Assembly: GCF_009914755.1 (NCBI RefSeq)
Contig: NC_060933.1
Length of the DNA: 64,000 bases
Reading direction: 5' to 3' (one strand)
Source of the DNA: the human T2T-CHM13v2.0 reference genome, Homo sapiens
The notes beneath the pieces were generated by a model, which saw nothing but the letters and a program-made list of their open reading frames with translations, had not been told where the DNA came from and did no database searches. Below, piece after piece: positions 26,195 to 42,478 of this stretch (positions are counted from its first letter, which is position 1; the number at the start of each line of letters is the position of its first letter). Made by a program: the position numbers and the translations under genes.

Positions 26195-27828
26195 ATACCC
26201 ACCTCAGATTGTGGTAGGCATGCAATGAGCTAATGCATTGAAACCTTCTGGCAGTGTCTAACTTAGTAGAGATTCTTAATAGCTGCTAGTCACCTGCGTC
26301 GTTCCTCTCCAGACAGCCTGATAAAGCGTGCTGAGGAAGGTACGAACACCTGCACACCTCTCTCTGCCTCTACCACCTTCCTCCTAAATTGAACAAGAAG
26401 CCAGCAGAAGACATTCACTTCTCAGAAGGAGAAGGCAAGGATGCAGGACCTTCTTGTTTGTCTATGTTTCAAGTCAAATTAAGGTCTTAAAAAGTACGCT
26501 TTAAAAACTGCAGTTCTTTAATAACGGGGGATTTGGAAGCACAAGAGTCTTTTATTTTACTAATCTCCCTCTGCCTCGGGGAATAGGTAATTCTGGCTCT
26601 ACCTTAGAATCGCACTGGCTCAATACATCCCATTTTCTTCCAGGTTTAACTTTATAGAAAGAGTTCCCAACAACCATGACCACTGATACTCACTTCTTGG
26701 ATCAGGTTAAATTCTCACCTGCCAGCAATAAGGCCACCTTTCTTTTCGTCACCCACGAAGTCATAATGGCAGCGAGTAAAAGTGATACCATATAAAGAAA
26801 GTTTAGAATACATCCTCACCTATTTGGTTAGAAAGTAAACCATTTGCAAGCTTGACTACTTTACCCTGATATTACTATTAAATTGCTGGTGAACCAGCTC
26901 ACAGCTGACAACCCAGCTCACAGCACTGTGGTGAACACTGATAAATGATTAAGAACTATTGAAATCTTCAGAGTGTAGATAATACAAATTTTCGCAAAAA
27001 GTATTTCCTGACTGGATCTCTTTTGACCTCAGCATTTTTAAGTTAATTTGGAGAAATTAACCTAAAAAATTATTAAGAAAATGTAACTGACCTTTTTAAA
27101 GATGTGGGGCATTTCAATTTTTGTTCAGAGAAGGGTTTCATTCCATTAGCTTATGACAAACACACACACACACTCACACACGATATTGTCTTGTGTAACC
27201 TTACGCCTGCCAAGAGACAGTTTATGGCATTTGCTTGGCTTCACCACCAACCAGTTACTTGTACAATATATGTGGTTGGTGGGGCAGGAGCAATCCCAGA
27301 GTCAGGCCTTCTTGCAAAATGTTTACAAAAGAGTTAATTCAGCAAATGATAGGCCCACTATTTCTCCTAGCTCTATACTGGGAAGCTCCCAAGTTTAGTC
27401 ACTCAGCTATCAAAGAGGAGATATATGCTCTGTCACTGTTCTTTCTCTATCTTAATATCTAATGCTCTTTGATCTCTCTGATTTTGACGTTCCCCAACCA
27501 TACTCATTATTCATGGGCCATACAGAGGTAAGAAGGAAAATCTTTCTCCTTCATATTTAATCAGTAGCATTTCCGTGAGAAAAATCCCCTATAGTGGGGG
27601 CACCATGGCTTTATGCTGCCATTTATCAGATCTTACCTTGTGTGGGCATTATGCTAAGAGCTCTGTCTGCTTGGTTTCATTTAATTATCACAGCAGTCCT
27701 CTGAGTGTTTCCTAATAGATGAGGAAATGGATACTGATAGGTGTAAATGTCTTGCCCAGAGACCCCAGTGTCAGGCTCCAGAGCCCATGCTCTGTCTATG
27801 ACCATAACGCTATAAAAGAAGGTAGCCT

Positions 27829-28377
27829 TGTTGCTGGAAAGGGGTCTCAATCCGGAACCCAAGAGAGGGTTCTTGGATATCACACAAGAAAGAATTTGGG
27901 GTGAATCCATGATGCGAAAGCAAGTGTATTAAGCAAGTAAAGGAATAAAAGAATGGTTACTCCACAGGCCCACTTTTATGGTTAAACAAGGGGTGGATGA
28001 TATGCTGATGATATGCTAAACACGGGGTGGATTATTCAGGCCTTCCCTTTGTAGACCATACAGAGTAAACTTCCTGACATCGCCATGGCATTTGTAAACT
28101 GTCATGGCACTGATGGGAGTCAGCAGTGAGGACAACCAGTGGTCAGTCTCATCGCCATCTTGGTTTTGGTGGGTTTTAGCCAGCTTCTTTACTGCAACCC
28201 GTTTTATCAGCAAGGTTTTTATGACCTGTATCTTGTGCTGACCTCCTATCTCATCCTGTGACTTAGAATGCCTAACCTCAGGGAATACAGCCCAGTAGGC
28301 CTCAGCCTTATTTTACTCAGCTCCTATTTGAGATGGACTCACCTATTTGAGGTGTTTTGGTTAAAACACCTCTGACA
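27829..28377 (-). mobile_element. MER41A-like ERV1 solo LTR
   Basis: Ends TGTTGCTGGAAAGGGGTC.. and ..CCTCTGACA; internal CGCCATCTTGGTTTTGGTGGG; 4-bp TSD GCCT/GCCA. Confidence 0.9.
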
Positions 28378-28582
28378 GCCATTTTCTAGAACCATTTTCT
28401 AGAACTTACAGTGTTACTACAAGGAAATCATTGTCCACTTGTTCTCTCTGCTAAGGCTCAAACAAAAGAACATGAGCATAAGTTACATGGAAAGAAGAGT
28501 TGCTCAGACAAGTTGATCATGATCCCCTGAAACAGAAAGCTAGGGGATGGAGTGGAAGCTCCATCCTTTAAAGTGACTATAG

Positions 28583-28887
28583 GGCCAGGCGCAGTGGCTC
28601 ATGCCTGTAATCCCAGCACTTTGGGAGGCGGAGGCCGTCGGATCACGAGGTCAGCAGTTCAAGACCAGCCTGGCCAACTTGGTGAAACCCCATCCCTACT
28701 AAAAATACAAAAATTAGTCGGTCGTGGTGGCAGGCGCCTGTAATCCCAGCGACTCAGGAGGCTGAGGCAGGAGAATCGCTTGAAACCAGAAGGTGCAGGT
28801 TGCAGTTAGCCGAGATCACGCCACTGCACTCCGGCCTGGGCAAGAAGAGCAAAAATCCATCTGAAGAAAAAAAAAAAAGAAAGAAAG
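28583..28887 (+). mobile_element. AluS (first of a tandem pair)
   Basis: Dimeric Alu; TSD AAAGTGACTATAG / AAAGTGACTGTAA. Confidence 0.95.
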
Positions 28888-28902
28888 AAAGTGACTGTAA
28901 GA

Positions 28903-29252
<350 letters not shown>

Positions 29253-29829
29253 TTAGTGGTTAGGGAAACATAAGAAACTTTTTTCTTTCAGGGTTAAGTG
29301 ACTCAAAGAGGAAATTTTAATCAAAGGAATTCTCATGGCTAAGATTTAATGTGGTGCTTTTTCTGTGTCAGACTCTATTCAAGTGCTTTATATTAGGTAA
29401 TGGAACTGAGATCAGAAAAAATGAAACACAGTTTCTTCCTCTGAAAAATAAACTGTCTTCAAACTATTTTTAAAATTACAAACAACAAAGCTCCATTTCA
29501 CAACTACTATCAGAATAATATTTCCGCTCCAAGGGCAATAAAAAAAATTGGTGAGGTGGAGATGGGGGAGAAAAAAGAGAAAATAATAAGTGAAGCAAAG
29601 GTAGGTAGCGGCGAGGAGGAAGTAAAGAGAATATGAAGGAAACATATTTAAAGGTGGGGAAGGGGAGACGAGAAAGAATCAGAAGGAAAGGACAGGAGAG
29701 AAACTGAAAGGTAAAGATAAAAAGCGGAACAGCTGAAGGAGAGGAAAGCTTTATACGATTATTTTTGCATCACGCTCTGCTATTCATTTAGGTCATAAGT
29801 GGACTTTAGGCCAAACTATCAATGGGTTC

Positions 29830-30273
29830 TGTTAAAAGAAAACTTCAGACAAGTTAAATCTGATGGAGTTTAATTGAGCAAAAAAAATAAAAAACAATTG
29901 GTGAATTGGGCAGCCTCCAGAATCACAGCAGACTCAGAGAGACTCCAGGGGTGCCTTGGGGTCAGAATAAATGTATAGACAAAAAAGTAAAGTGACGTAC
30001 AGGAATCAAAATCAGAAGTGAGGTACAGGAACAGTGGGATTGGTTACAGCTGGGGTTTGCCTTATTTGTACACAGTCTCAACACTTAGCAGTGTATGAGT
30101 GGTGGAGGTGTGGCCACTGGGATTGGCCAGCATTCAGCTATTGTTATGGTTGCATACTACTAAGTGAGGTTTTCAATCTTGTCTGCCTATTAAGCTAAGG
30201 CACTGTTTGTCCACAAGGACTCAAATATAGAAGTATGGAGTCCTTCTCCGGCCATATTTAGTTGGCTTTAACA
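29830..30273 (-). mobile_element. MER57 (A-like) ERV1 solo LTR
   Basis: TGTTAAAAGAAAACTTCAGAC...GGCTTTAACA; perfect 4-bp TSD GTTC (29826-29829 / 30274-30277). Confidence 0.9.
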
Positions 30274-31594
30274 GTTCTTTCCTTTTACAATGCCTAGTTA
30301 ACTGTTCAACCATTGTTCACAGGTTTTCAATGTCTCTTATCAAGTTTTCAAACTCTTGGCATGAACTGGGGTAATACCAGTAGCTATCGGGAAAAGTTAC
30401 CACACAGGCCACGCTGCAGATAGCCAGGGACTGTCGTTTTCACACTGAACGAAATCAAAATGAAAACAAATTGATCCTTAAGTCAGAAGTCACTTTAATA
30501 TTCTCTGAGAAAATTGATTGGACTACATGGTTTACATTTCAGTTCAATGCCAAAAAATAAAATAAAATCTATCTACAAACATAATACTGTGAGAAGCATT
30601 CTCAATGGAAAAAGTCTATCCTTGGCTGGACTCTAGATTTCCTCTCTCTGTGGAGCAATCCCTTGCTACATCTGTTCCTCAAGCTAGTCAAAGAATCTTC
30701 CTTCTAGTCTAAAAGTTCTGTTGGCCAGTCTCATCACCTCCTCAAAGAAATTCTCTGAGGTGTTTCCTGTATCATAACAATGCGTGAAGTGACTCCTCTA
30801 GCCTCATTCATCTTGGCTTTCCATTCATCACTATGTTCTACCCCAGCTCAAGAAATCAGGAATAGTAGCACATTTTTCAAGTTAAGTTGAAAGTTTTCCA
30901 AGTTCCCTAAGTCTCCACAGACAACTTTACAGATTTGTATAACACAAAATGGAATTCTGAAAGCAGAGTGAAGCTGTTTGGAATAATCAGAAAGTCACCA
31001 GATGTTGCGGTTACAGGGCATATGAAATGCTTTCTTCTAAATGTGCATGTGATTAAATCTTGCGGAACTACTCTATCATTATAGTAATGGATTCTTTTCC
31101 TCACAAAGTTGCATTTTTTCTACTCAAAGTCTCTTTAGACTAAATGAATTTCATATGTGTAATCAAAACATTATGTATGTCATTGTACTTGGAGTCAATT
31201 TGAGCAATTTTTATTAAAAATTACCCACATGGTAAAACACTTTGAAAACACTTTCATGAAGGAGACTTTTTAAAGTTATTATTTTAAACATATCCATGCA
31301 TCTTTGCTTTTGCTGCAGCATTTTTATTTTGTTTTTGTTTGTTTTACCAAATGGGTGTTCTTAGATACAACGTGTTTTTACATCAGTGCAGACATTATAT
31401 TTTGATGTCGAGCAATAACTGGAAGGTTATGTATTACTATGCAGGAACATTTAAAACTTCAAAACTTACTAGAAGTAAAAGGAATTTACAAGTATATTTA
31501 TTAACAAAAATGATGTTCACAGTACAGTAAGAACACAGGTTACAAAGAGGGTTAGAGTATAATTTTTATTTAAAATGTAATAGTAATATAAGAA

Positions 31595-32085
31595 TTAACT
31601 ATTATTGAGGATTCACTACAGGTAGGAATTGTACTAAGTATTTTGCATTGATTATTTCATTTTAACTTCATTACAATTTGGTACAGAGCTTGTACCGAAT
31701 TGTAATAAGGATACGTTGTAATGTATGTGAGAGAATGCGAATTAAGGCAAAACAATATTAATTATTTTGCTTAAAGTCACACAACTTGCAACTGGATTTA
31801 AACCCAGTTAGTTTGGCTCTAGGGATGACTTGATCAACATGCTGTTCTGACTCGGGAGCTCTGGACTCAGACTTCGTGGGTTCAAATCCAGGCTATGCTA
31901 ATTGCCAGTCATGTGATCTCAAGCAAGTTATCTAACCTCCCTAAGCCTCAGTGTCTTCCATTATGAAATGGAGAAAACAATAGCTGACTTATAACATGGT
32001 GCTGACATGTAGATAAAGTGAGAAAATCCATTTAAAGTGTTTAGCACAATGCTTGGCACAAAGTAAGGATTCAATAAATTTTCAT
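31595..32085. mobile_element. Two MIRs head-to-head (minus ~31595-31850, plus ~31855-32085)
   Basis: TTTGCTTAAAGTCACACAAC..GGATTTAAACCCAG followed by GGGTTCAAATCCAGGCT..CAAGTTATCTAACCTC. Confidence 0.75.
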
Positions 32086-32113
32086 CATCATCTTCAAATT
32101 CTGAAAGAATATA

Positions 32114-33612
<1,499 letters not shown>

Positions 33613-33688
33613 TATGCCCAAATAGTAACAGTGGTAATATCTAGGAAATATAATTACAGAAAACTTTCCTTTTTTTCTTTTCACTTAA

Positions 33689-34009
<321 letters not shown>

Positions 34010-35274
34010 TACTTTTTCTATGATAAATATATGTTGTGTGTTTAACAAAACTCCTGGTTATAAAGTAAAATTCACATTACTTAATTGTTGCATGCTACAA
34101 ATAAAATAATATCTATAGAGAGAGGAGTCACAGTGCTGAACTTTTACCAATCACATACTGTATATCAGGCATCATCGTGGCTTAAAAAACACAAATATCA
34201 ATAAGACATGGAATAAACTCTGACACAGTTTGCAGTACAGCAGGCAAAAATGACACGTAAAGGGAGAGCTTTCAAGACAACAAGGTAATATTTCAAGAGA
34301 GACATGTGCACTATGTTATATAAGCCCAGAAGGCGCTGGAAAGCTCTCCAGGAAGCAGGAGAAGGCTTTGCACTGAAGGGGAAGGGAGTATCAGTCCTTA
34401 TGGCATCAGGAGATGTGTCCTCCAACTTCTCAGAGAAAAAAAACTAATTATTAGTATAATATGTTAGAAATGTCAGATGTATCAAAATCAGCTGCATAAA
34501 CTGTAAGCCAGAAGCCACATGTTTATATGGGACTAAAATTTACGAGTACCACATCTAAGGATCTGTGTGCTCCCCAGCAACCAAGTCACTGCCCAACATG
34601 CTCACAGGTAAGTCTAATGTCCTGAGTCCTGAGAATGAGTAGGAAATCTCCAAGTGGATAAGTGGGTCAAGAGCAGAGGAGACTTTTCTGACCAAAATAA
34701 GTTAGAGTAGAAGCAATGGCAGGGACTTGTTAGAGGAAAGGTTTGGAGGAAAAAGGAGAAGCTCACCCCATGAGAGGTATCCATGCAGGAGGAAAACTGG
34801 CAGGAAGTCAGGTGACAGGACCTACTCAAATTCCCAGAAAACAACAGTGAGAGAAAGGAAGACTCGGCAAGATAGTGGAGCCTGCATTGGATTTTGCGCT
34901 GATGGAGACATGAGCCTGTAAAATATGGATTCCTTATCTCATTTTCATACACTTACCACTCTCCAAGAGACCCGTATTTACCTGAAACTCACCTGATCTG
35001 AAAGAGTCAGCTAAGCCCAGGGATAACATTTGATTACCAATGGGGAAAGTCAATTTGATGTATTATTTGGATGCTGCTGCTCATAAATTGCCATTCTTCC
35101 AATTCCTGGAGACAGGCTATTTATTTTTAAAAATCAAACAAAGCTTTTATACTCTCTTAATAAATTAAACATAAAACCTTCAAAGTTGCCAGCTGACAAA
35201 AAATCTCAACATAAGCATAAGAGTTGGAACTACATTAAAGGCCTGAAACAAATCATTAAGACAAATGAGAACCC

Positions 35275-35638
35275 TCCCTATAAACTGAATGTTTGTGTCC
35301 CCCTAAAATTCATGTATTGAAACCTAATCTCCAATGTGATGGTATTAGTAGGTGGGAACTTTGGGAGTTAGGTTATGAGGTTGGGAGCCCTCATGAATGG
35401 ATGAGCGCCCTTATAAAAGAGGCTCCAGAGTACTCCCTTGCCCCTTCCACGAAGGAAGGACACGGCAAGAAGATCGCAGCCTATCAGGCATAAAGCAGGC
35501 CCTTACCAGCCACCAAAAGCCATCCGCATCTTCGTCTAGGACTTCCCAGTCTCCAGAACTGTGAGAAATAAATTTCCATTATTTATAAGCCATCCAGTTT
35601 ATGGTATTTTGTTATAGAAGCCTGAACAAGCTAAGACA
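35275..35638 (+). mobile_element. MLT1A-like solo LTR
   Basis: CTGAATGTTTGTGTCCCCC...CCAGAACTGTGAGAAATAAATTTC...CTAAGACA. Confidence 0.9.
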
Positions 35639-35846
35639 ATGCCCAAAAGTGAAATGTGTAAAAGTCATGGTCAAGTAATTTATACACAAAAACAAGGGCA
35701 AATGACAAATACACATACAAAGATGGCTATTCTTCTCTATAATAGAATAAATTCTAATTAAAACAATTAAGTACAATTGTTTTTTGTCAAACTGAAAAAT
35801 ACTTTTAGAATGAAAAAGCTAATATTATTGTTTAGGGAAACTTTCA

Positions 35847-36275
<429 letters not shown>

Positions 36276-36413
36276 GTTGTTCAAAAAACAATTTAGAAAC
36301 AATCAAAATGTTCAACAATCAGTGATTACTTAAATAAATTATGTCATTTTTAACTTTTTATTTTGAAATCATGTTAGACTTACTGAACAGTTGTTTAATA
36401 GTACAGAAAACCA

Positions 36414-37343
<930 letters not shown>

Positions 37344-37638
37344 ACCCTTCACTCAGCTTCTGCTAATGACAACGTCTTGTAAAATATAATTAAAGCCAAC
37401 AAATTACCTTTAATACAACACTAGAAATTGAACTACCAATTTTACTCAAATTTTACCAGTTTTTCCACTAATGACCTTTTTCTGTTCTAAAATCCAATCC
37501 AGGATCCTACACTGCATTGATTGTCCTCTCTCCTTGGTGTCTTCCAATCTGTGGCAATTCCTCATTATTTCCTTGTTGTTAATGACTTTGACATTTGTGA
37601 AAAGTGCTGGTCAGTTATTTTGTAGAATGTCGTTAATT

Positions 37639-37749
37639 TGGGCAACATAGTGAAACTCCATCTCTACAAAATACAAAAATTAGCTGGGCGTGATAGTGCA
37701 TGCCTATAGTTCCAGCTACTTGGGAGGCTAGGCAGGAGGATTTCTTGAA
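37639..37749 (+). mobile_element. Internal Alu fragment with no tail and no TSD
   Basis: TGGGCAACATAGTGAAAC...linker...GGCAGGAGGATTTCTTGAA inside otherwise continuous L1MC sequence. Confidence 0.9.
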
Positions 37750-38648
37750 TCTGATGTCTTGGCATGATTAGACTGAGGGTATTATTCATTTTGGGCAATA
37801 ATACCACAGAAGTGATGTGCCATTTGCAGAATATCACATTAGGAAATATATGATGTTGATATGTTTTATTACTAGAGATGTTACCTCTGATCATTTGGTT
37901 ACAGTGGTATCTGTTGGGTTTTCCCACTGCAAAGTTACTATTTTTCCCTTTGTAGTAAAAATATCTAATAAATAATAAATAATAATATCTAATAAGTACA
38001 TCATGGGAGATACTTCAAAACCAAGCAAATATCCTCTTTCTTCTCAAACTTTCACCTACTAATTTTAGCATCCCTTGAAAGATCTTGTTTGAAGGAACAG
38101 TCACTGCATTCCACTGCTGATTTCCTAGATCCTCATTTCTTCTGGATTCATTTATTAATTGAAATTGTTCTGTAAAGAATAGCTGGCCCTTCTGTATTTT
38201 ATTTACTCTATTACTTATTTACATCAGTTTGGACTCATGGATATTTATCCTATTTTATGGGTTATAATCCAATAATATGATTATTTGCTTTGTTGCTTAA
38301 TTTGTTCCCACTTTGGCCATTGGGAGCTCTTTCAAGTTGGCTCCTATGTCTTTTTGACAGCCTCCCGTCTTTTTCCTTCTACCTTTTTTTTAAGCACTTC
38401 TTTACTCTCTGGCACAATAAGACGCTCAAGGCTCATCTTGTGTTTTCTCCACATCAGCTCTAGAATTAATCACTTCTCCACAGAGCTCTGATTCCTATCA
38501 CAGCAAAATAGTACTTAGACACCAAGATCTGGGTGTTATATGAGCTCACTGTTCTTGAGAAAACATTACTTCTAGGCCTTCTCAATAGACAGAGTTTGGA
38601 AGTATATATGGGTATATTAACCCATTCTTATACACATTTTTTTAACCT

Positions 38649-38652
<4 letters not shown>

Positions 38653-38688
<36 letters not shown>
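38653..38688. repeat. (GT)18 microsatellite
   Basis: Perfect dinucleotide run. Confidence 0.97.
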
Positions 38689-38692
<4 letters not shown>

Positions 38693-39099
38693 TTAAACTG
38701 ATACCTCTGATTTCTAATTCTACATCAATGGTTTCTTCTAGCCTTTCTCTTACCTTTTTAGGTAACTGTCTTTTCTTTCTTTGTCCTTCTTTGACAGTGA
38801 GAAATCTGGTTTTTGTTTTCTACTATGTATTTGTTTATTTGTTCAATCTTAGTATACATTAAAGTCATCTCAGAATTGCCAATCCATAACCCTCTAGGAA
38901 ATAAATTCACTAATTAGAGTATAGTATTTATATACAGTTCTTTTTGTCTTTAGCCCTACAGTGTCTAGCCAGAATACTATTAAAGAACTTCAGTTCATTC
39001 TTTTCTTGACTGCTGCCTTCAGTGTTATTTGTAATACAGTTAGATTCATTTATTACTGTATTCCATTTGGATTCCCCCATATTCTGACTGATTTTAAAA

Positions 39100-40032
39100 A
39101 ATATTTTACCTACAGAAAACTTCATTTTCTGTGACACACAGTCCTATGGATTTTGACAAATGCATAGTCCTGTATCTACCATCACAGTTCTGCTACAGGG
39201 AAGTTCCATCGCTCTGAAACTTCCTTCATACTGCCCCATCTAGTCAATCCTCACCTATTCCCTACTCTTGGCAACCACTTTTACTTTTTATCCTTCCAAT
39301 TATGCCTTTTTCAAAACGTCACATGAATGGAATTATACAATGGTAGCCTTTTGGGTCTGGCTTCTGTCAATTAGTAAATGCACTTAAGGTTTATCCACAT
39401 TGTTTTGTGAAACAATAATTTATTCTTTATTGCTGAGTAATATTTCCTTGTATGATGTTTCACAGTTTATCCATTTACCAATTGAAGGGCATCTGGGTTC
39501 TTGCCAATTTTTGTCAAGTATAAATAAAGCTACAGGTCGGGCATGGTGGCTCATGCCTGTAATCCCAGAATTTTGTGAGGCCAACATGAGTGGATTGCTT
39601 GAGCCCAAGAGTTTGAGATCAGCCTGGGCAACATGGCGAGATTCCACAAAAAATACAAAAATGAGCTGAGCCTGGTGATGCACAACTGTAGTCCCAGCTA
39701 CTTTGGGGGTTCAGGTGGGAGGATTGCCTGAGCCCAGGAAGTCAAGGCTGCAGTGAGCTATAATCATACCACTGCACTCCAGCCTGGGCAACTGAGCGAG
39801 AGCCTATCTCAGAAAAATAAATAAATAAAGTTACTATAAACATTTACAGTTTGCATACAGCTCTTTGTGTGAACATAAGTTTTCATTTCTTTTTGGTAAA
39901 TATCTAAGAGTGGGATTGTTGGGTCATATGGTAAGTCTACATTTAACTGCATAAGTCTACATTTAACTGCATAAGAAATTGCCAAACTGTTTTTCATAAT
40001 GATAGTACCATTATGTATTCCCAACAGTAACA
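39100..40032 (-). mobile_element. L1MC/L1MB 3' fragment with nested Alu
   Basis: CTATGGATTTTGACAAATGCATAG...CACAGTTTATCCATTTACC...AGAAATTGCCAAACTGTTTTTC. Confidence 0.8.
39535..39829 (+). mobile_element. AluJ
   Basis: J-type dimer; AAATAAAGCTAC / AAATAAAGTTAC TSD. Confidence 0.92.
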
Positions 40033-41727
40033 CATCATTTCAAGGGGATACTATATGGCCACATAAAATCTTGTAGATGAATACTGATGAACAAATAATA
40101 TATTCACAAAACATTATGTTTAAAAAGCAAGCTATGAAACATTACCCAATGTGCATTAACATGTCATTTTTCTTCAAAAGTCATGATTTTAATTACTTGC
40201 ATAATATTTCATTAAATGGCTACATCATTATTTTACTAATCCTCTGCTATTGAATATTCAGGTTATTTCTAATTTTTCACTAATATAAGTAAAAATATGA
40301 TTAAAATTTTGTATATAAATCCATATACACACTTCTGGTTATTTTCTTAATAAATTTCCTTGGAAATGCAGTTACTGGGTGAGAGAAAAATCACTATTAC
40401 CATTTTTAAGATACATTGCCAAATTCTTCCCAGCACTTCCTAACACAGCACCGCATTGTGGTATTTTAATTTAATTCCTGGTCTCTAACCCTTCCAGGTA
40501 ATCCTCCTTCCCCTTCCCCTAGCCAATCCTCCACTCTTTCCCATTCCTACCTGGGAACTGGGCCTCCCCGCCTATCTATCCAGACTGACTTCCTCAGCAG
40601 ATTAGAGGGAAGTTCTGCATTCGAGCGAAGTTCCCACTACAGTGATTAGTTCTGCACAGGTTGATCCACAAATTCCTGTTTTGGCAGCTATTCCACATCT
40701 GTTAACCTTCAACATGTCGCTCTACTCTCCCCATTTATTTTTGAATCATTAGTTATGATTTCAACTTATTTCATACAGTCAGTAAACTGACTATACCTCA
40801 TAATCTTTGTTCTGACTTTTCAGCCGGCTTTGGATGTTTTACTGAGCCATTAAACATGTGGTTCACTTCAGTCTAAGCTGATGGTTTTCAGGTATTACAT
40901 TTAAAGGCATCAGAGAGACATAAAGTATTAACAGTAATACCCAGAATCTCCACTGGGATCACTGATCAACCCTTCAGGGAAATTCCATATAAACAGCATA
41001 ATTACGTGTACTCACTTTCTAATCATAAGAGACTGGATAGGCTTCTGTTTACATGATTCTACCCGAGAGGCAGAAGAGAAGCAAAGATTTACCTAAAATT
41101 TTTCACCAAATACACTCACACACATCCGCACCTTCTGAATACTGAAGATTATTCTAAAGCAAAATATACCCACAGTACAGATGCAGGGAGGACCATGACC
41201 TCATAGGGAAGAATGGTGAAATACAGTTATACTTTAATATGGAGTAGGGATATAGGCAAACCAAACCCTTCCTAAAGTCTAGATATGACTCACACACACC
41301 ACTACCACACTCCCCCTACTTGGAGAAACCTGTGCTTCTCCGTGGAAGCAGAAAAACATTTTAGGGAATTACAGTCCAGGGAAAATGGCAAGGAAAAAAA
41401 ATTCCTTTATCATCAGTAAATAATTCTTACAATAACTTTGGAACAAATTTAGATTAAGCCCACAGAACATTTTAGTACATGCCTTCTAAGTGGCCAAGGG
41501 GAACTGCTCCACCAATTCTGGAACTTTTTTGCAAGAAGGGTGTGGGTAAGGTGCCCTCTGTGCAAGCTTAGAAACCCAGTGGGTACATTGACTTTGACCA
41601 AGCTAATGTAAGACTACAAGCCCCCACATTGCTGATGGCTTAATTACAACAGAATGTTGAGTCTCCATCTCCTGTCTGTAGAGGAAAGCTAGAGAAACAC
41701 AGATAATCTAACAATGTTCAGATAGAA

Positions 41728-42065
<338 letters not shown>

Positions 42066-42177
42066 CAGATAGAAATTTTGAAAAGCATAAACCAGTGAAA
42101 TTGATGATCAATGCCCAGGAAAATTCTAGAAATGACTACTACTCAGAATTGAGGAAAATGTAAGAAAAAATAACATT

Positions 42178-42478
42178 GGCCAGGTGCAGTGGTTCACACC
42201 TGTAATCCCAGCACTTTGGGAGGTCGAGGTGGGCAGATTACGAGGTCAGGGGTTCGAGACCAGCCTGGACAACGTGGTGAAATCCCGTCTTTACTAAAAA
42301 TACAAAAAATTAGCCAGGCATGGTGGCAGGCGCCTATAATCTCAGCTACTCGGGAGGCTGAGGCATGAGAATCGCTTGAACCCAGGAAGTGGAGGTTCCA
42401 GTGAGCCGAGACCATGCCACTGCACTCTAGCCTAGGCAACAGAGCAAGACTCCATCTCAAAAAAAAAAAAAAAGAAAT
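42178..42478 (+). mobile_element. AluSg-like
   Basis: GATTACGAGGTCAGG (2-bp deletion type); TSD AAGAAAAAATA(A/G)CA. Confidence 0.95.
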
